NCBI GenBank assembly: GCA_963849325.1
Contig: CAWKHF010000005.1
Coordinates: forward strand, 224,001 to 288,000
Direction: 5' to 3'
DNA: 64,000 nt
Source of the DNA: an uncultured Planctomycetota bacterium
GTDB taxonomy: Bacteria; Planctomycetota; Planctomycetia; Gemmatales; Gemmataceae
The stretch's first letter is position 1. Every line of letters starts with the position of its first letter. Made by a program: the position numbers and the translations under genes. Below the pieces are notes generated by a model that searched no databases, had not been told where the DNA came from, and was given only the letters and a program-made list of their open reading frames with translations. Below are positions 20,374 through 31,493 of the stretch, in pieces.

Positions 20374-22033
20374 ATGCGCCGCATCCGTTGCCCCGCTTGC
20401 GAGCGGACCCTGAAGGTGTCCGAAGACAACGACCGCGCCACCGTCTGTTGCGCCGCGTGCGGTCACCAGATTGTCCTCGACGAGCCAGACGAAGAAGCCG
20501 AGCAAGAGCGGCGCCGCTCTTCCTCGAAGAAGGGCCCTTCCCCGCGTGCCGCGCAGGACTGGGTCGGGAGGTCTTTTCGGAAAGATTTATGGCCAGATCG
20601 TCGAGGTCGAAACGGGGACCGTTATTCCCCGCTCCACGGGGAAAATCGCGCTGGTGATGGCGTCGTTGGGGATCGCGGTCGTGACCGGCTTGTTCAGTGC
20701 CGTCGGCGGCGGCTGGGCCGTGCTCGCCGGCCTGGGGTTTTTCAAGAACAACCAGAACCCGGTCCTGGTCGTGGCGGCGGGGGTCGTTGTTTTTCTGCTG
20801 GGCCTGTTCCTGCTGCTTCTGGGAGGGTACTACTTCACCTTTTACATCGTGCGGCTGCGCCACAAGGAGCGCGTCATCATTGGCCGAAAATACCTGCAAA
20901 GCCTTTTCGACGAGGCCAAGGCCAACATGCAGCTCCCCTTCGACAACATCGCGGCCATTCGCCTGGGCACGAAAGTGGAGGGCGACAACAAGTATCAATA
21001 CATCGGCATCGATCTGCTCGACCTCCAGCGCGAAGACACGATTCTCAGCCCGGCCGGTCACCAGTCGTTTCGCAAAGATTTCGACGCGGATGCGGTCCTC
21101 TTCGATGAGTACGTGTTGCCCATCGAGACGTTCTACCACAAGCTCGTGGCGCGCTGGCGAAAGGTTGCCGGGGTGGACGCCGAGGCCGCGGCCGGGACGG
21201 CGCGGCGGCGCCGACAATCCCGCGACGAGGACGAGGACGATCGAGACGTGGATTATACGGGTTATCGTCCGCCCCTGAAGCGATCCACGCGGATCGTGCT
21301 CGGTCTGATGGCCGGGGGGATGGTGCTTCTGACCGTGCTGGTCGGCCTGGCCTGGGTGGCGAAGCAGAGGAACATGGTCCCGCCGCGGGCGAACGTCAAC
21401 GGAAACCCCGTGCCCCCGAACCCGAACGAACCGCAGACGACCCTTCCTCCCCGGATTACCGGCGACGCCGCCCTGGACAAAACGCTTGCGGACATCAACA
21501 GCAACAACCCGTTTGTCCGTCAGACCGCCCTCACCAGCCTGGCCCAGATGCCGCCCAACGAACACCGGCCGCTGGTCGCGGCGAAATTGGCCGTTTTGGC
21601 CGACAGTCCGGACGCCAACACGCGCCAGGCCGTCCTGCCGGCGCTGGGCACGTGGGCAACGCCGGCGGAGGTGCCGATCCTGATCAAGACCCTCAACGAC
21701 CCCAACCCGTTCGTGCGCGAGGAAGCGCTCAAAGTTGTCGGCCCATTCAAGGACGAGCGTGCCTTGGCGCCGGTGATGCGTTGTTTTCGCAACCTTTCCA
21801 CGCGCGATCCGGCCAGCAAGGCCTTGCGGGAGATGGGGCCGATGGCGGAGAAAGATGTGCTGGCGCTGCTGCGCGACCGGGACGTGCTACTGCGGCAGGC
21901 CGCCATCAAGGTCCTCAAGGACGTTGGCACCCCGCGAAGCGTGCCGGCCCTGGAACAGGCGGCGGCCGACGCCTTCCTGCGGCCATCGGCCCGCGAAGCG
22001 CTGGCGGCCATCGCTGCCCGGAACAAGCCGTAA
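20374..22033 (+). CDS. Zinc-ribbon + transmembrane + HEAT-repeat protein (frameshift near 20500-20570)
   Basis: CPAC..CAAC N-terminus in one frame; TM helices and HEAT repeats (NPFVRQTAL, NPFVREEAL) in the next. Confidence 0.7.
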
Positions 22034-22172
22034 GGATGCGCCGCGGGCGGCGGTACGGCAGAGAATGGGTTGGCGCCGCGAATTCTCCTCAAGTCCCTCG
22101 GCGGAAAATCCGAAAGAATCGTTAGGTCTTCACCAGGTCTCCCTTTCGGAAAAGTTCGCAGGAGGACACGGC

Positions 22173-22763
22173 GTGTCATCCCCCGGGACCATCCCGATCG
22201 CGGGCCATCCCTTGTCCCGCTGGCTGATAAACGCCGGAGCAGGAGTGGGTGCGCTGCTGCTGGGATTGCTCACGGGAGAGGTGATGGCTTCGGTTTCCTT
22301 GCGGGCCTTGCGCTCGCCGGCGGTCGTGCGGGTCTGGTCGGCCGTGCCGCGATGGGCCGAGTCCGTGGATTTCGGGACGATGGAACAGAAGTTGGCGGGT
22401 GGGACCGTCATCCTCGTCGCTGGCAATTCCGTCATCGTCCTGGGATTCGCCATCCTTTTGTTCCGCCGCCGTCGCGCGAAACCAGGAGGGACCGACAAGG
22501 GGGGCGAACGCGCTCGGCCGATGGAAGTCGGCCCCCAACAACCTTGTGCTCCTCCGGCTCGGGCCGTCGTGTTGACCGGCCGGGAGTGGAGTCCGCCCTT
22601 GGAGGCCGCCGAGCGTCCGCCCGAGCCGGTTCGCCCCCAAGAGAAAAACGATGCGATGCTTCGACAGATTTTCGAGCAGAATCGGTTGCTGAGGGAACAA
22701 TTCGTCCGCCGAAACCCCCAGCCCACGGGAGCCCGTAAGTCGGGTGTGGCGGTCAGACCGTGA
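22173..22763 (+). CDS. Two-TM membrane protein with Pro-rich linker and short C-terminal helix, upstream of the MamK-like actin
   Basis: GGAGGA RBS then GTG; two hydrophobic segments followed by RRRR; ends 20 nt before the actin start. Confidence 0.65.
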   Translation: MSSPGTIPIAGHPLSRWLINAGAGVGALLLGLLTGEVMASVSLRALRSPAVVRVWSAVPRWAESVDFGTMEQKLAGGTVILVAGNSVIVLGFAILLFRRRRAKPGGTDKGGERARPMEVGPQQPCAPPARAVVLTGREWSPPLEAAERPPEPVRPQEKNDAMLRQIFEQNRLLREQFVRRNPQPTGARKSGVAVRP

Positions 22764-22783
22764 ATGCCAGGGGAGGACGTGAA

Positions 22784-23866
22784 ATGAGCAAGGAAATCGT
22801 GTTTGTCGGCATGGACCTGGGGGCGTTCAAAACGTCCATCACCTCCTCGAACGGGGCGCGCGAAGTCGTCTATACCGCCGTCGGCTGGCCGCGCGATCAG
22901 GTGGCCCGCAACCTGCTGGGCCGCGACGTGGTTTTCGGCGCGGAGATCGTCGAGCATCGCTTGGCCTTGAACGTGGTCCGTCCCTTCCAGAAGGGGCTGC
23001 TGAAGTACCTCGGCCACGTCGAGGCGGGCGTGCCCGAGGCGGAAGTGGAGAGACACCGGGAGGCGGCGCGGCTGATCGTGTCGCACGCTATGTCGCTGGC
23101 CAATCCGCCGGCCGGCGCCGCCATCTACGGCGTCATCGGCGCTCCCGCTCGGGCCAGTACGGCCAACAAGCAGTACCTCGTCGAGGCGGCGCGAGGGGCC
23201 TTCAACGCCGTCGCGGTCGTGTCCGAACCGTTCGCGGTGGCCTACGGCATGAACAGCCTCACCGATACGCTGGTGGTGGACATCGGGGCCGGCACCGTGG
23301 ATCTGTGCCCGATGTGCGGCGCCTACCCCGCCGACGAGGACCAGCTCACCCTGCCGGTGGGCGGCGACTACATCGACGAGGAGTTCCTGGATCGTCTGCA
23401 ACAGGTCTATCCCGATGTCCAGCTCAACGCCAAAATGGCCCGCGAGATCAAGGAGAAGTACGGCTTCGTTCACAACGTCGCCGACAAGGTGATGGTCGCC
23501 CTTCCGGTCAACGGCAAGATGAAAGAGCTGAACATCACTACGCCGCTGAAGGAGGCGTGTCAGAAGATGGCCCGCCCCGTGGTAACGGGCATTCAAACGC
23601 TGATCGCCCGCTACGACCCGGAGTACCAGGAGCGCTTGCTCAAGAACATTTTGCTCTGCGGCGGCGGCAGCCAGTTGAGGGGCTTCGACCTCTATCTGGA
23701 AGAGGGCTTGAAGGAATACGGAAGGGTCCGCGTCCATCGGGCTCCGGACTGCGTCTTCGCCGGGGCCTTCGGCGCCCTCAAGCTGGCGCGAAGCATGCGC
23801 AAGGAATACTGGGACGAGATGCGCAGCCGCGACACGCCTCGGGAGACGATGCGGGCCGCTGCCTGA
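22784..23866 (+). CDS. MamK-like bacterial actin (actin/MreB superfamily)
   Basis: GMDLG, AVGWPRD, VIGAPARASTANK, VVSEPFAVAYG, VDIGAGTVDLC, EDQLTL, PEYQ..LKNILLCGGGS, GALKLA..EYW; GGAGG RBS. Confidence 0.88.
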   Translation: MSKEIVFVGMDLGAFKTSITSSNGAREVVYTAVGWPRDQVARNLLGRDVVFGAEIVEHRLALNVVRPFQKGLLKYLGHVEAGVPEAEVERHREAARLIVSHAMSLANPPAGAAIYGVIGAPARASTANKQYLVEAARGAFNAVAVVSEPFAVAYGMNSLTDTLVVDIGAGTVDLCPMCGAYPADEDQLTLPVGGDYIDEEFLDRLQQVYPDVQLNAKMAREIKEKYGFVHNVADKVMVALPVNGKMKELNITTPLKEACQKMARPVVTGIQTLIARYDPEYQERLLKNILLCGGGSQLRGFDLYLEEGLKEYGRVRVHRAPDCVFAGAFGALKLARSMRKEYWDEMRSRDTPRETMRAAA

Positions 23867-23891
23867 GACCGCATCCACGCGGAGTAGAGAG

Positions 23892-23962
23892 CTACCCCGC
23901 CTGGACTCGAACCAGGAAATGCAGAGCCAAAATCTGCTGTGTTACCATTACACCACGGGGTA
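23892..23962 (-). tRNA. tRNA-Gln(TTG), CCA not encoded
   Basis: TACCCCG/CGGGGTA acceptor, GCAGA-TTTTGGC-TCTGC anticodon arm, CCTGG-TTCGAGT-CCAGG T arm. Confidence 0.93.
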
Positions 23963-24114
23963 GTGGTTGAGATCGGTCCAAACATTTTATCACAGGGCCG
24001 CTCGGCGGGATACGGTGCAAGCGTTCATGTGATGGCGGACGTCGGTCTTCACCGGCGCGGACGCCTTCGAGTCGCTTCTCCCCTTGTCTGCGGAGGCTCG
24101 AATCCGGTCGCTGC

Positions 24115-24144
24115 TTGACGAAATAACCCCCTTGGGTGTAGTAT
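24115..24144 (+). promoter_or_regulatory. Sigma-70 type promoter of the metal-efflux locus, probably giving a leaderless mRNA
   Basis: TTGACG-18 nt-TAGTAT; ATG 6 nt after the -10 box, no SD. Confidence 0.55.
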
Positions 24145-24150
24145 TTGGTC

Positions 24151-24678
24151 ATGGGGCTCTTCAGGCACGCCGTCTATACCGGGACCATCTGGCTGACAGC
24201 GGTCATGACGTTGATCGCCGGCGCCCCTCATTTTGATTGCCGCTGCGCGAACGGCCACGTCAAACCGTACTGCCTGGGTCTTGCCGCCAAAAAGGGTTGC
24301 TGTTGCGCCGGCTCGTGCTGCTCTTCGCCGCCGCGCGCGGAGGAAGAGAACGCCACGTCTCCGGATCCCTCTTCAGCCCCCGCAGGCGAGAAAAGCTGCT
24401 GCTGCCATGAGCAACGACAGTCCGACGCCGGGAGGAACCCAGCGGAGAGCACGTTCGAGAAGACGGGTTGCCAGAAGACCTTCGTGGAGGCGGCCGACGC
24501 CGTGCCTAGTGCCGCCAAGGTCGTCGTGCCGGATCTGCTAACTCCGCTGTTCCTTCTTTTCCCCGCATCCGTTTTCCCTCCTTTCGAGATCCGCCTCTAC
24601 GCTGATTCGTTTGCCTCCAATCAAGGCCTCTCCCCCCCTACGGACCTCGTCATCGTTCTTCAGCGCTTCCTCATTTAA
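24151..24678 (+). CDS. Cys-rich small protein upstream of cusBA
   Basis: Hydrophobic N-terminus, CRC, CCCAGSCC, CCC, C-terminal SPP..LQRFLI. Confidence 0.7.
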   Translation: MGLFRHAVYTGTIWLTAVMTLIAGAPHFDCRCANGHVKPYCLGLAAKKGCCCAGSCCSSPPRAEEENATSPDPSSAPAGEKSCCCHEQRQSDAGRNPAESTFEKTGCQKTFVEAADAVPSAAKVVVPDLLTPLFLLFPASVFPPFEIRLYADSFASNQGLSPPTDLVIVLQRFLI

Positions 24679-24769
24679 TCGGCTCCATTCTCTTTCGCCG
24701 CCAATCGTCGAACGCAACCTTCCGGCCGGCCGAGGTCCTACCTACCCGGTTCGGCCCCAGGACCATTTG

Positions 24770-24824
24770 TCGGAGCCCGCAGCGTCAGCGAGGAGAGTTT
24801 CCTCGCTGACGCTGCGGGCTCCGA
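24770..24824. repeat. REP-like palindrome, family B variant (GAGCCCGCAGCGTCAGCGAGG)
   Basis: Perfect inverted repeat. Confidence 0.85.
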
Positions 24825-24848
24825 GAAGGCCTTGCTGGAGATGATCTC

Positions 24849-27006
24849 ATGTCCGAACGAAATGATTCTCACCGCCTTGGAGCCATCGAGAACGGAGACC
24901 TGCGGAACGACGAGGGCGGCTTGCACGCGCCGCCGGGGTTGGGGCCGCTGGGCAAGGCGTGGTGGTGGTTCCACTTCGTCATTCTGGTCAAGTTGGCCCG
25001 GCTGCGCTTCCTCGCCGTCCTCGCGGCCATCGGCGGCGTCATCGCCTACTGGGACACGCTCAACGCCTATTACGAGAAGTGGACGCGGCCTCTCTTGGGT
25101 GCCGAAACCGCCGTCAGCTCTGGCACCGAATACTGGTGTCCCATGCACCCCACCGTCGTCCGCGATCACCCGGACAAGTGCCCTATCTGCGCCATGCCGC
25201 TGTCGCAGCGCAAGAAGGGCGACAAGGACGAGGGCGAAGCGCTGCCGCCGGGAGTCCGCCAGCGCGTGCAGATCACGCCGTACAAGGTCGCCGTCGCCGG
25301 CATCGAGACGGCCGAGGTCGGCTATCGACCGCTGACCCGGGACATCGCCGCCGTCGGCTTTGTGGAGTTTGACGAGCGCAAATTGGCTCGCATCTCGGTC
25401 CGCGTCACCGGCAAGACGCGGATCGACAAGCTCTACGTCAACGTCACCGGCCAACACGTCAAGAAGGGCGAGCCGCTGGCGGAACTGTATAGCCCCGATT
25501 TGGTTGTCGCCGTGCAGAACCTGCTTGATGCGCGCCAGGACCGCAACCGCCGATTGGAGGAGATGACCCGAGAGAAGCTGCGGCGATGGGGCATCGAGGA
25601 CGATCAGATCGACCGCATCGTCAAGAGCCGGCCAGCCGATCACCCACTTAATCATCCGTTCGCCGATCCACGGCCACATCATCAAGAAATATCCGGTCGA
25701 GGGCGAGTACGTCGAGGAGGGCACCCGCCTGTACGACGTGGCCGACCTGTCCACCGTGTGGATCGAGGCGCAGGTCTACGAGGACGAGCTGGCCTTCCTC
25801 AAGCTGGACCTACCCGTCGCCGCCACGACCAAGTCCTTCCCCAACCGCGAATTCAAAGGCAAGATCGCCTTCATCCACCCGCACCTGGACGCGGCAACGC
25901 GGACGCTGAAGGTGCGCTTCGACATGGACAATCCGGAACACGAACTGCGTCCGGGTATGTACGCCACCGTTCGCTTCCAGTCGTCCATCGCTCGCCTGGC
26001 GATGCTGCGCGAGCAGCGCCAACGGATGTGGAGTGAGCAGACGGCGTCGGAGCTGACGATGGCGGCGCTGTGGTCTCCGGGACTGCCGGCGGCGGGCGGC
26101 GGTCTGGCCTCGTTGCTGACAGCGGCGACGCGCGAAGCCATCGCCGAGCGCGACCTGGTGCTGGCCGTGCCCGAGTCAGCGGTGATCGACACCGGCAGCC
26201 GGCAGTTCGTCTACCGCGAGGCCGAGCCGGACGTTTACGACCAACTGGAAGTACAGCTGGGGCCGCGCAGCGGCGCGTTCTATCCCGTGATGGGCGGCCT
26301 GCGGCCCGGCGACCGCGTGGCGACGACCGGCTCGTTCCTCATCGACGCCGAGACGCGACTGACCGCCGGGGCCGCCTCCACCTACTTCGGCGCCAGCGGT
26401 GGGCCGCAGAGCGATCACCACGCCTCCACGACTGCCGCCCGCCCGTCGATGACGCGCGACGAGGACGCCAAGTATCAGGCGATGCTGGCCAAGCTCGGCC
26501 CGGAAGATCGGCCGCTCGTCGAGTCGCAGGGATATTGCCCGGTGCTGGGCAACCGGCTCGGCTCGATGGGTCCGCCGGTGCCGGTCGTGCTCCAGGGGCA
26601 AAAGGTCTTCCTGTGCTGCAAATTGTGCGTCAAGAAGGCGAAGGCCAACGCGAAAAAGACACTCGCCAAGGCGGCGGACCTGACGGCTCGGGCCAAGACC
26701 GGCGCGCCACGTCCCGCCCCAAGTCCGTCGCCCGCGCCGGGTCCGGGCGGAAAGTTGGAGGCCAAGGTGAGGGCCAACCTCGCCAAGCTCAGTGCCGAAG
26801 ACCGCCGTCTCGCCGAGGAGCAGAAATACTGCCCGATTGAGCCGGACAATCTCCTCGGTTCGATGGGAGTGCCGATCATCCTCGACATCAAGGGACAGAA
26901 GGTTTTCCTCTGCTGCTCCGGCTGTAAGGACGACGCCCTGGAGAAGCCGGACCAGACGTTGGCCAAGGTGAAGGAGCTGAAGGCCAAGGCGAAGAAACAC
27001 GAATAG
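24849..27006 (+). CDS. cusB: CusB-like RND periplasmic adaptor with heavy-metal-binding domain and two C-terminal YHS-like domains (frameshift near 25630)
   Basis: YWCPMHP..CPICAM, ADLSTVWIEAQVYE, LRPGMYA, VPESAVIDTG, FLIDAE; two CP..LGSMG..FLCC..C repeats. Confidence 0.85.
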
Positions 27007-27143
27007 GCGCGGCAGAGACGGGGGCGGCGGCCGGCTTGGCGGAGAAGCAATCGGGTCGCGCTGATGCTTCGAGTTGAGTCCGGCCGTCCGCTCCCACCCG
27101 CGGCAACCCGTCGCTGGCGCTCCGGGCTGGTTGGAGGTAAACC

Positions 27144-30100
27144 ATGATCGAAAAACTCATCGAATACTCGATCCGCAATCGCTTTCTGGTCCTGATCGTG
27201 GCGGCCGCCCTGGCGATGTTCGCCGTCTACGCGGTGCTCAACACGCCCATGGACGCCGTGCCCGACCTGAGCGAGAACCAGGTCATCGTCTTCACCGACT
27301 GGATGGGCCGCAGTCCGCGCGAGATCGAGGATCAAATAACCTATCCTCTTTCTCTGAAGTTGCAAGGATTGGCTGGCGTCAAGACGGTGCGTTCGTCCTC
27401 GGAGTTCAACTTCTCGATGATTACGCTGATCTTCGAGGACAACATCGATTTCTACTTCGCCCGCCAGCGCGTGCTGGAACGCCTCACGCTGGCGAGCACG
27501 TTCCTGCCCGAAGGGGTGGTGCCCTACCTCGCCGCCGACACCACGGCGGTCGGACAAATCTTCTGGTACACGCTGGAGGGCGGCGAACTGGAGCCGGGCC
27601 GGCGCTGGGCCTTGCAGAAGTATTACGTCGGGCCGGAGATCAATTCGGTGCCCGGCGTGGCCGAGGTCGGCACCGTCGGCGGCGCGCCGCTGGAATATCA
27701 GATCGACGTCGATCCCAACGCCCTGCGCGCCTACAACATCACGCTCGGCGAACTGTATGAAGCGGTGGCCCGCAGCAACTCGGCCGTCGGCGGCCGCGTC
27801 GTGCAGAAGAACAACGCCGAGTACCTCATCCGCGGCGTCGGCTGGATCGAGAACACACGCGACATCGAAAACACGGTCATCACGCAGCGCGGCGGGACGC
27901 CGATCTACGTCAAGAACGTTGCGGTCGTGCAGAGGGGCACGCAGTTTCGCCGCAGTGTCTTCATCAAGGGCGGCAACGAAGTGGTCGGCGCCGCCGTCAT
28001 GATGCGCCACGGTGAGAACCCGTTGGCCGTCACCAATCGCATCAAGCAAAAGATCCAGGAGCTGCAATCGGCCCTGCCGCCCGGCGTTCACATCGTCCCC
28101 GCCTACGACCGCACGCGCCTGATTCACGGGGCGATTCACAACGTCACCGAAGTGATGGGACATGAAATGCTCATCGCCAGTGTCGCCATTTTGCTTATCC
28201 TCATGCACTTCCGCAGCGTCTTCGTCATCTGCGTGACGCTGCCGTTGGCGGTGCTGTTCTCGTTCCTGATGATGTGGGTGCTGCGCGTCCTGCACATTCT
28301 CGACGTACAGGCCAACATCATGTCGCTGGCCGGCATCACCATCTCCATCGGCATTCTCGTCGATCAGGCCATCGTCATGGTCGAGAACGCCACGCATCAT
28401 CTCAAGGAGCACTTCGGCGACAAGCCGGTGCGGGGCAATAACACGGAGATCATCGTCCGTGCCTGCCGCACGGTCGGCCGGCCGATCTTCTTCTCGGTGA
28501 TGATTATCTTGATCTCTTTTATCCCCGTTTTCGCCATGAGCGGCCGCGAGGGCAAGTACTTTCACCCGATGGCCTTCACGAAAAGTTTGGCGATGGTCGG
28601 TGTCGCCCTCATCTCGGTGACGGTGGTGCCGGCCTTGATTCCGATGTTCATTCGAGGACGCATCCGCGGCGAGGAGGAAAACCCGATCGTCCGCAGTTTC
28701 ATCCACATCTACAAACCGCTTTTGACTTGGGCGCTGCCGCGACGCAACCTCGTCATGGGAATGTTCGCCGTCCTGCTGATCCTGGCCGCCGGCATGTTCC
28801 CCTTGCAGGCCGTGCTCGGCCTAGGGGCGGCGCATCACGACTGGGAGATGTGCTTTTTCGCCACCGTGGCCGTGGTGACGTTCCTGACCGTGATCTTCAT
28901 TCGCGGCTGGCACTGGCAGCTTTTGAGCTTCGCCACCCTGGTGGCGATCAGTTTGGCGGCCTATCACTTTCCGAAGATCGGCGTCGAGTTCATGCCGGCG
29001 CTCAACGAACAGACCGCGATGTACATGCCCATCACGGTGCCGCGCGCCAGCGTGACGCAGGTGGCCGACGATCTCAAAATCCAGGACGCACTGTTGCGTC
29101 AGTTTCCCGAGGTCGAGTCGGCGGTCAACAAGGCGGGCCGGGCGGACACGCCGACCGACCCGGCGCCGCTGGAAATGGTCGAGACGTTCGTGAACTTCCG
29201 GCCCGAGGAACTGTGGCCGCGGCGAGCGATGGCCTTCGACGATGCCGCCCGACAGACTCGGCTCCTTCTGGCCGCCCTGGAGCAGCGCGGCTACGTCCAG
29301 CCGGCCGCCGCCGACGAGCGCGACGCGCTCGTCAACGACGCCACGATGGGCGCCCTGACCAAGTTCGACGAAGTGATGCGCGATCTGGCCCTCGAACGCT
29401 ACCGCGCCTTCGAGCGCGAACTGATGCCGATGATGACGCGCTTCGTCGTCGAAGACACGGTGCGGCGTTTCCGCGCCGCCGACCTGCTGCGCTGGCCTGT
29501 CGGCACGAGTGAGCAAACGGAGATCGACCAGCTGGTCGAGGATTTGACGCCGCTGTACGGCGCCTGGTTGTCGCGCCATCCCGCTCTGGAGGACGTGACC
29601 GGGGTGACGCAGGCCGTCGCGCAGCGGTTGTCCGAGCGCCAGGCGTTAACGGTGACGCCTGCCAACGCCTTGGAACTGCGCGAAGCGGTGCCGCTGCGCG
29701 TCTTCGAACGCCGTCGCCGAATCGCTGGGGGTCGAGAGGAAGACGTTCGCCGGCGAGATACGGAAAGCGATGGAGAAACGCCGCCACGAATGGTGGATCG
29801 AGCGTATCCATAAAAAGATCAATTGGGAACTGTTCGACCGGGGCGTCGAGGCGTTCACCTGGTCGGCGTTGGAGGAAATTGGCAATTCCGCCAAGCAGCG
29901 CGACCTGCTCGGCGCCGCGCCACACGGCGAGGAATATGGCCGCTTCGTCGAGGAATCCAATCGCGCCCGCAACGGCAAGGAACACGACACGGACGCCCTG
30001 ACGCCCTTCATCGCCTTGCGGGAGGAGTTGGAGAAACCTTTCGCCAAGAAGCTGATTCTCTGGCAGCGCAAGGGCGGCCCCAAGGGCGACCTGGCCCAGG

Positions 30101-31428
30101 AGATGAACGACGTGGTGCAGATGCCCGGTTGGAGCAACATCTGGACCATGCCCATTCAGAATCGCGTGGACATGCTGTCCACCGGCGTGCGCACGCAAAT
30201 CGGCGTCAAGGTGTTCGGCCCCGACCTGGATACGATCAACGACGTGTGCAAGCGGGTCGAGCAGGTCATCAAGCCCATCCCCGGCGCGATGTATGTAACT
30301 GCCGAGGAGTTCATGGGCAAGGGCTATATCGAGATCAAGATAGACCGGGAAAAGGCGGCGCGCTACGGCGTGCGCGTCGGCGACATCCAGGACACCATCG
30401 AGGTGGCCCTGGGCGGCAAGGTCATCACGCAGACGGTCGAGGGCCGTGATCGCTTCCCGGTGCGCGTCCGCTATGCCCGCGATTTCCGAGAGGACGAGCA
30501 GGCCGTCAAGCGTCTGCTCGTCAGTCGCGGCAGCATGGCCCGCTCCTCCGCGATGGGTGGCGCGGATACGCACGAGGTCGCCCCGTGGCACGCCGCCGAC
30601 GGCAATGTTCCGCTGCAAATTCCCCTCGCCGAGTTGGCCGAGGTGCGCGTCGTCGAGGGGCCGGCCATGATTAAAAGCGAGAATGGGCGGTTGCGCAACT
30701 ACGTCACCCTGAACGTGCGCGGCGACCGCGACATCGTTGGTTTCGTCGAGGAGGCCCAGCGCGTCGTGGCCGAGAAGGTCCAGCTGCCGGAGGGCGTTCA
30801 TCTGGAATGGTCCGGCGAGTTCGAGCATCAGGTTCGCGCCGCCAAGACGCTGCGCATCATCCTGCCGATGGTGCTGGTGCTGATCTTCGTCATCCTGTAT
30901 CTGACGTACAAGGACTGGATGGACGCCTGTTTGATGATGCTGGCGGTGCCGGAGGCGTTGGCTGGCGGCGTCTTCTTCCAGTTCTTCTTCCCCAAGCTGA
31001 CGCACGGCTGGTCCAGTCCGCCCGAGCCGTTCACCTTGGCGATGTGGGTCGGCTACATCGCCGCCTTCGGCATGGCCACCGAGACCGGCATCATCATGCT
31101 CGTTTATCTCCGCGAGGCCATCGACAAGCGCGGCGGCCTGGAGAAGATCGAGTCGCTGGAGGAGCTGCGTCAGGCGGTGATCGAGGGGGCGGTGCATCGA
31201 CTGCGGCCAAAGTTGTTGACCGAGGGCGTGGCCATCGTCGCCATCGCGCCGATGCTCTTTTCCACCGGCGTCGGCAGCGAGATCATCTCGGCGATGGCCC
31301 TGCCGGTGCTGGGCGGTTTGCTCATCGCCGATGAGGTGGTCGATGTGTTTCTGCCGGTGCGTTTCTACTGGGTGCGGCGGGCGCGCTGGCTGAAGATCCA
31401 CCAGCAGCGCTCCGAGCCTGAAGCGTAA
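27144..31428 (+). CDS. cusA: CusA-family heavy-metal RND permease (frameshift near 29720)
   Basis: DAVPDLSENQVIV, MVENA, Met triad equivalents MYMP / PLEMVET / NRVDMLSTG, RLRPKLLT. Confidence 0.92.
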
Positions 31429-31485
31429 GCGAAGAGAACGACAACCGAAGGTTGCCGCGCTCTTCGCTTACGCTTCAGGCTCGGA
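31411..31485. repeat. REP-like palindrome, family B; supplies the cusA stop codon
   Basis: TCCGAGCCTGAAGCGTAAGCGAAGAG ... CTCTTCGCTTACGCTTCAGGCTCGGA. Confidence 0.9.
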
Positions 31486-31493
31486 AAGAAGCG

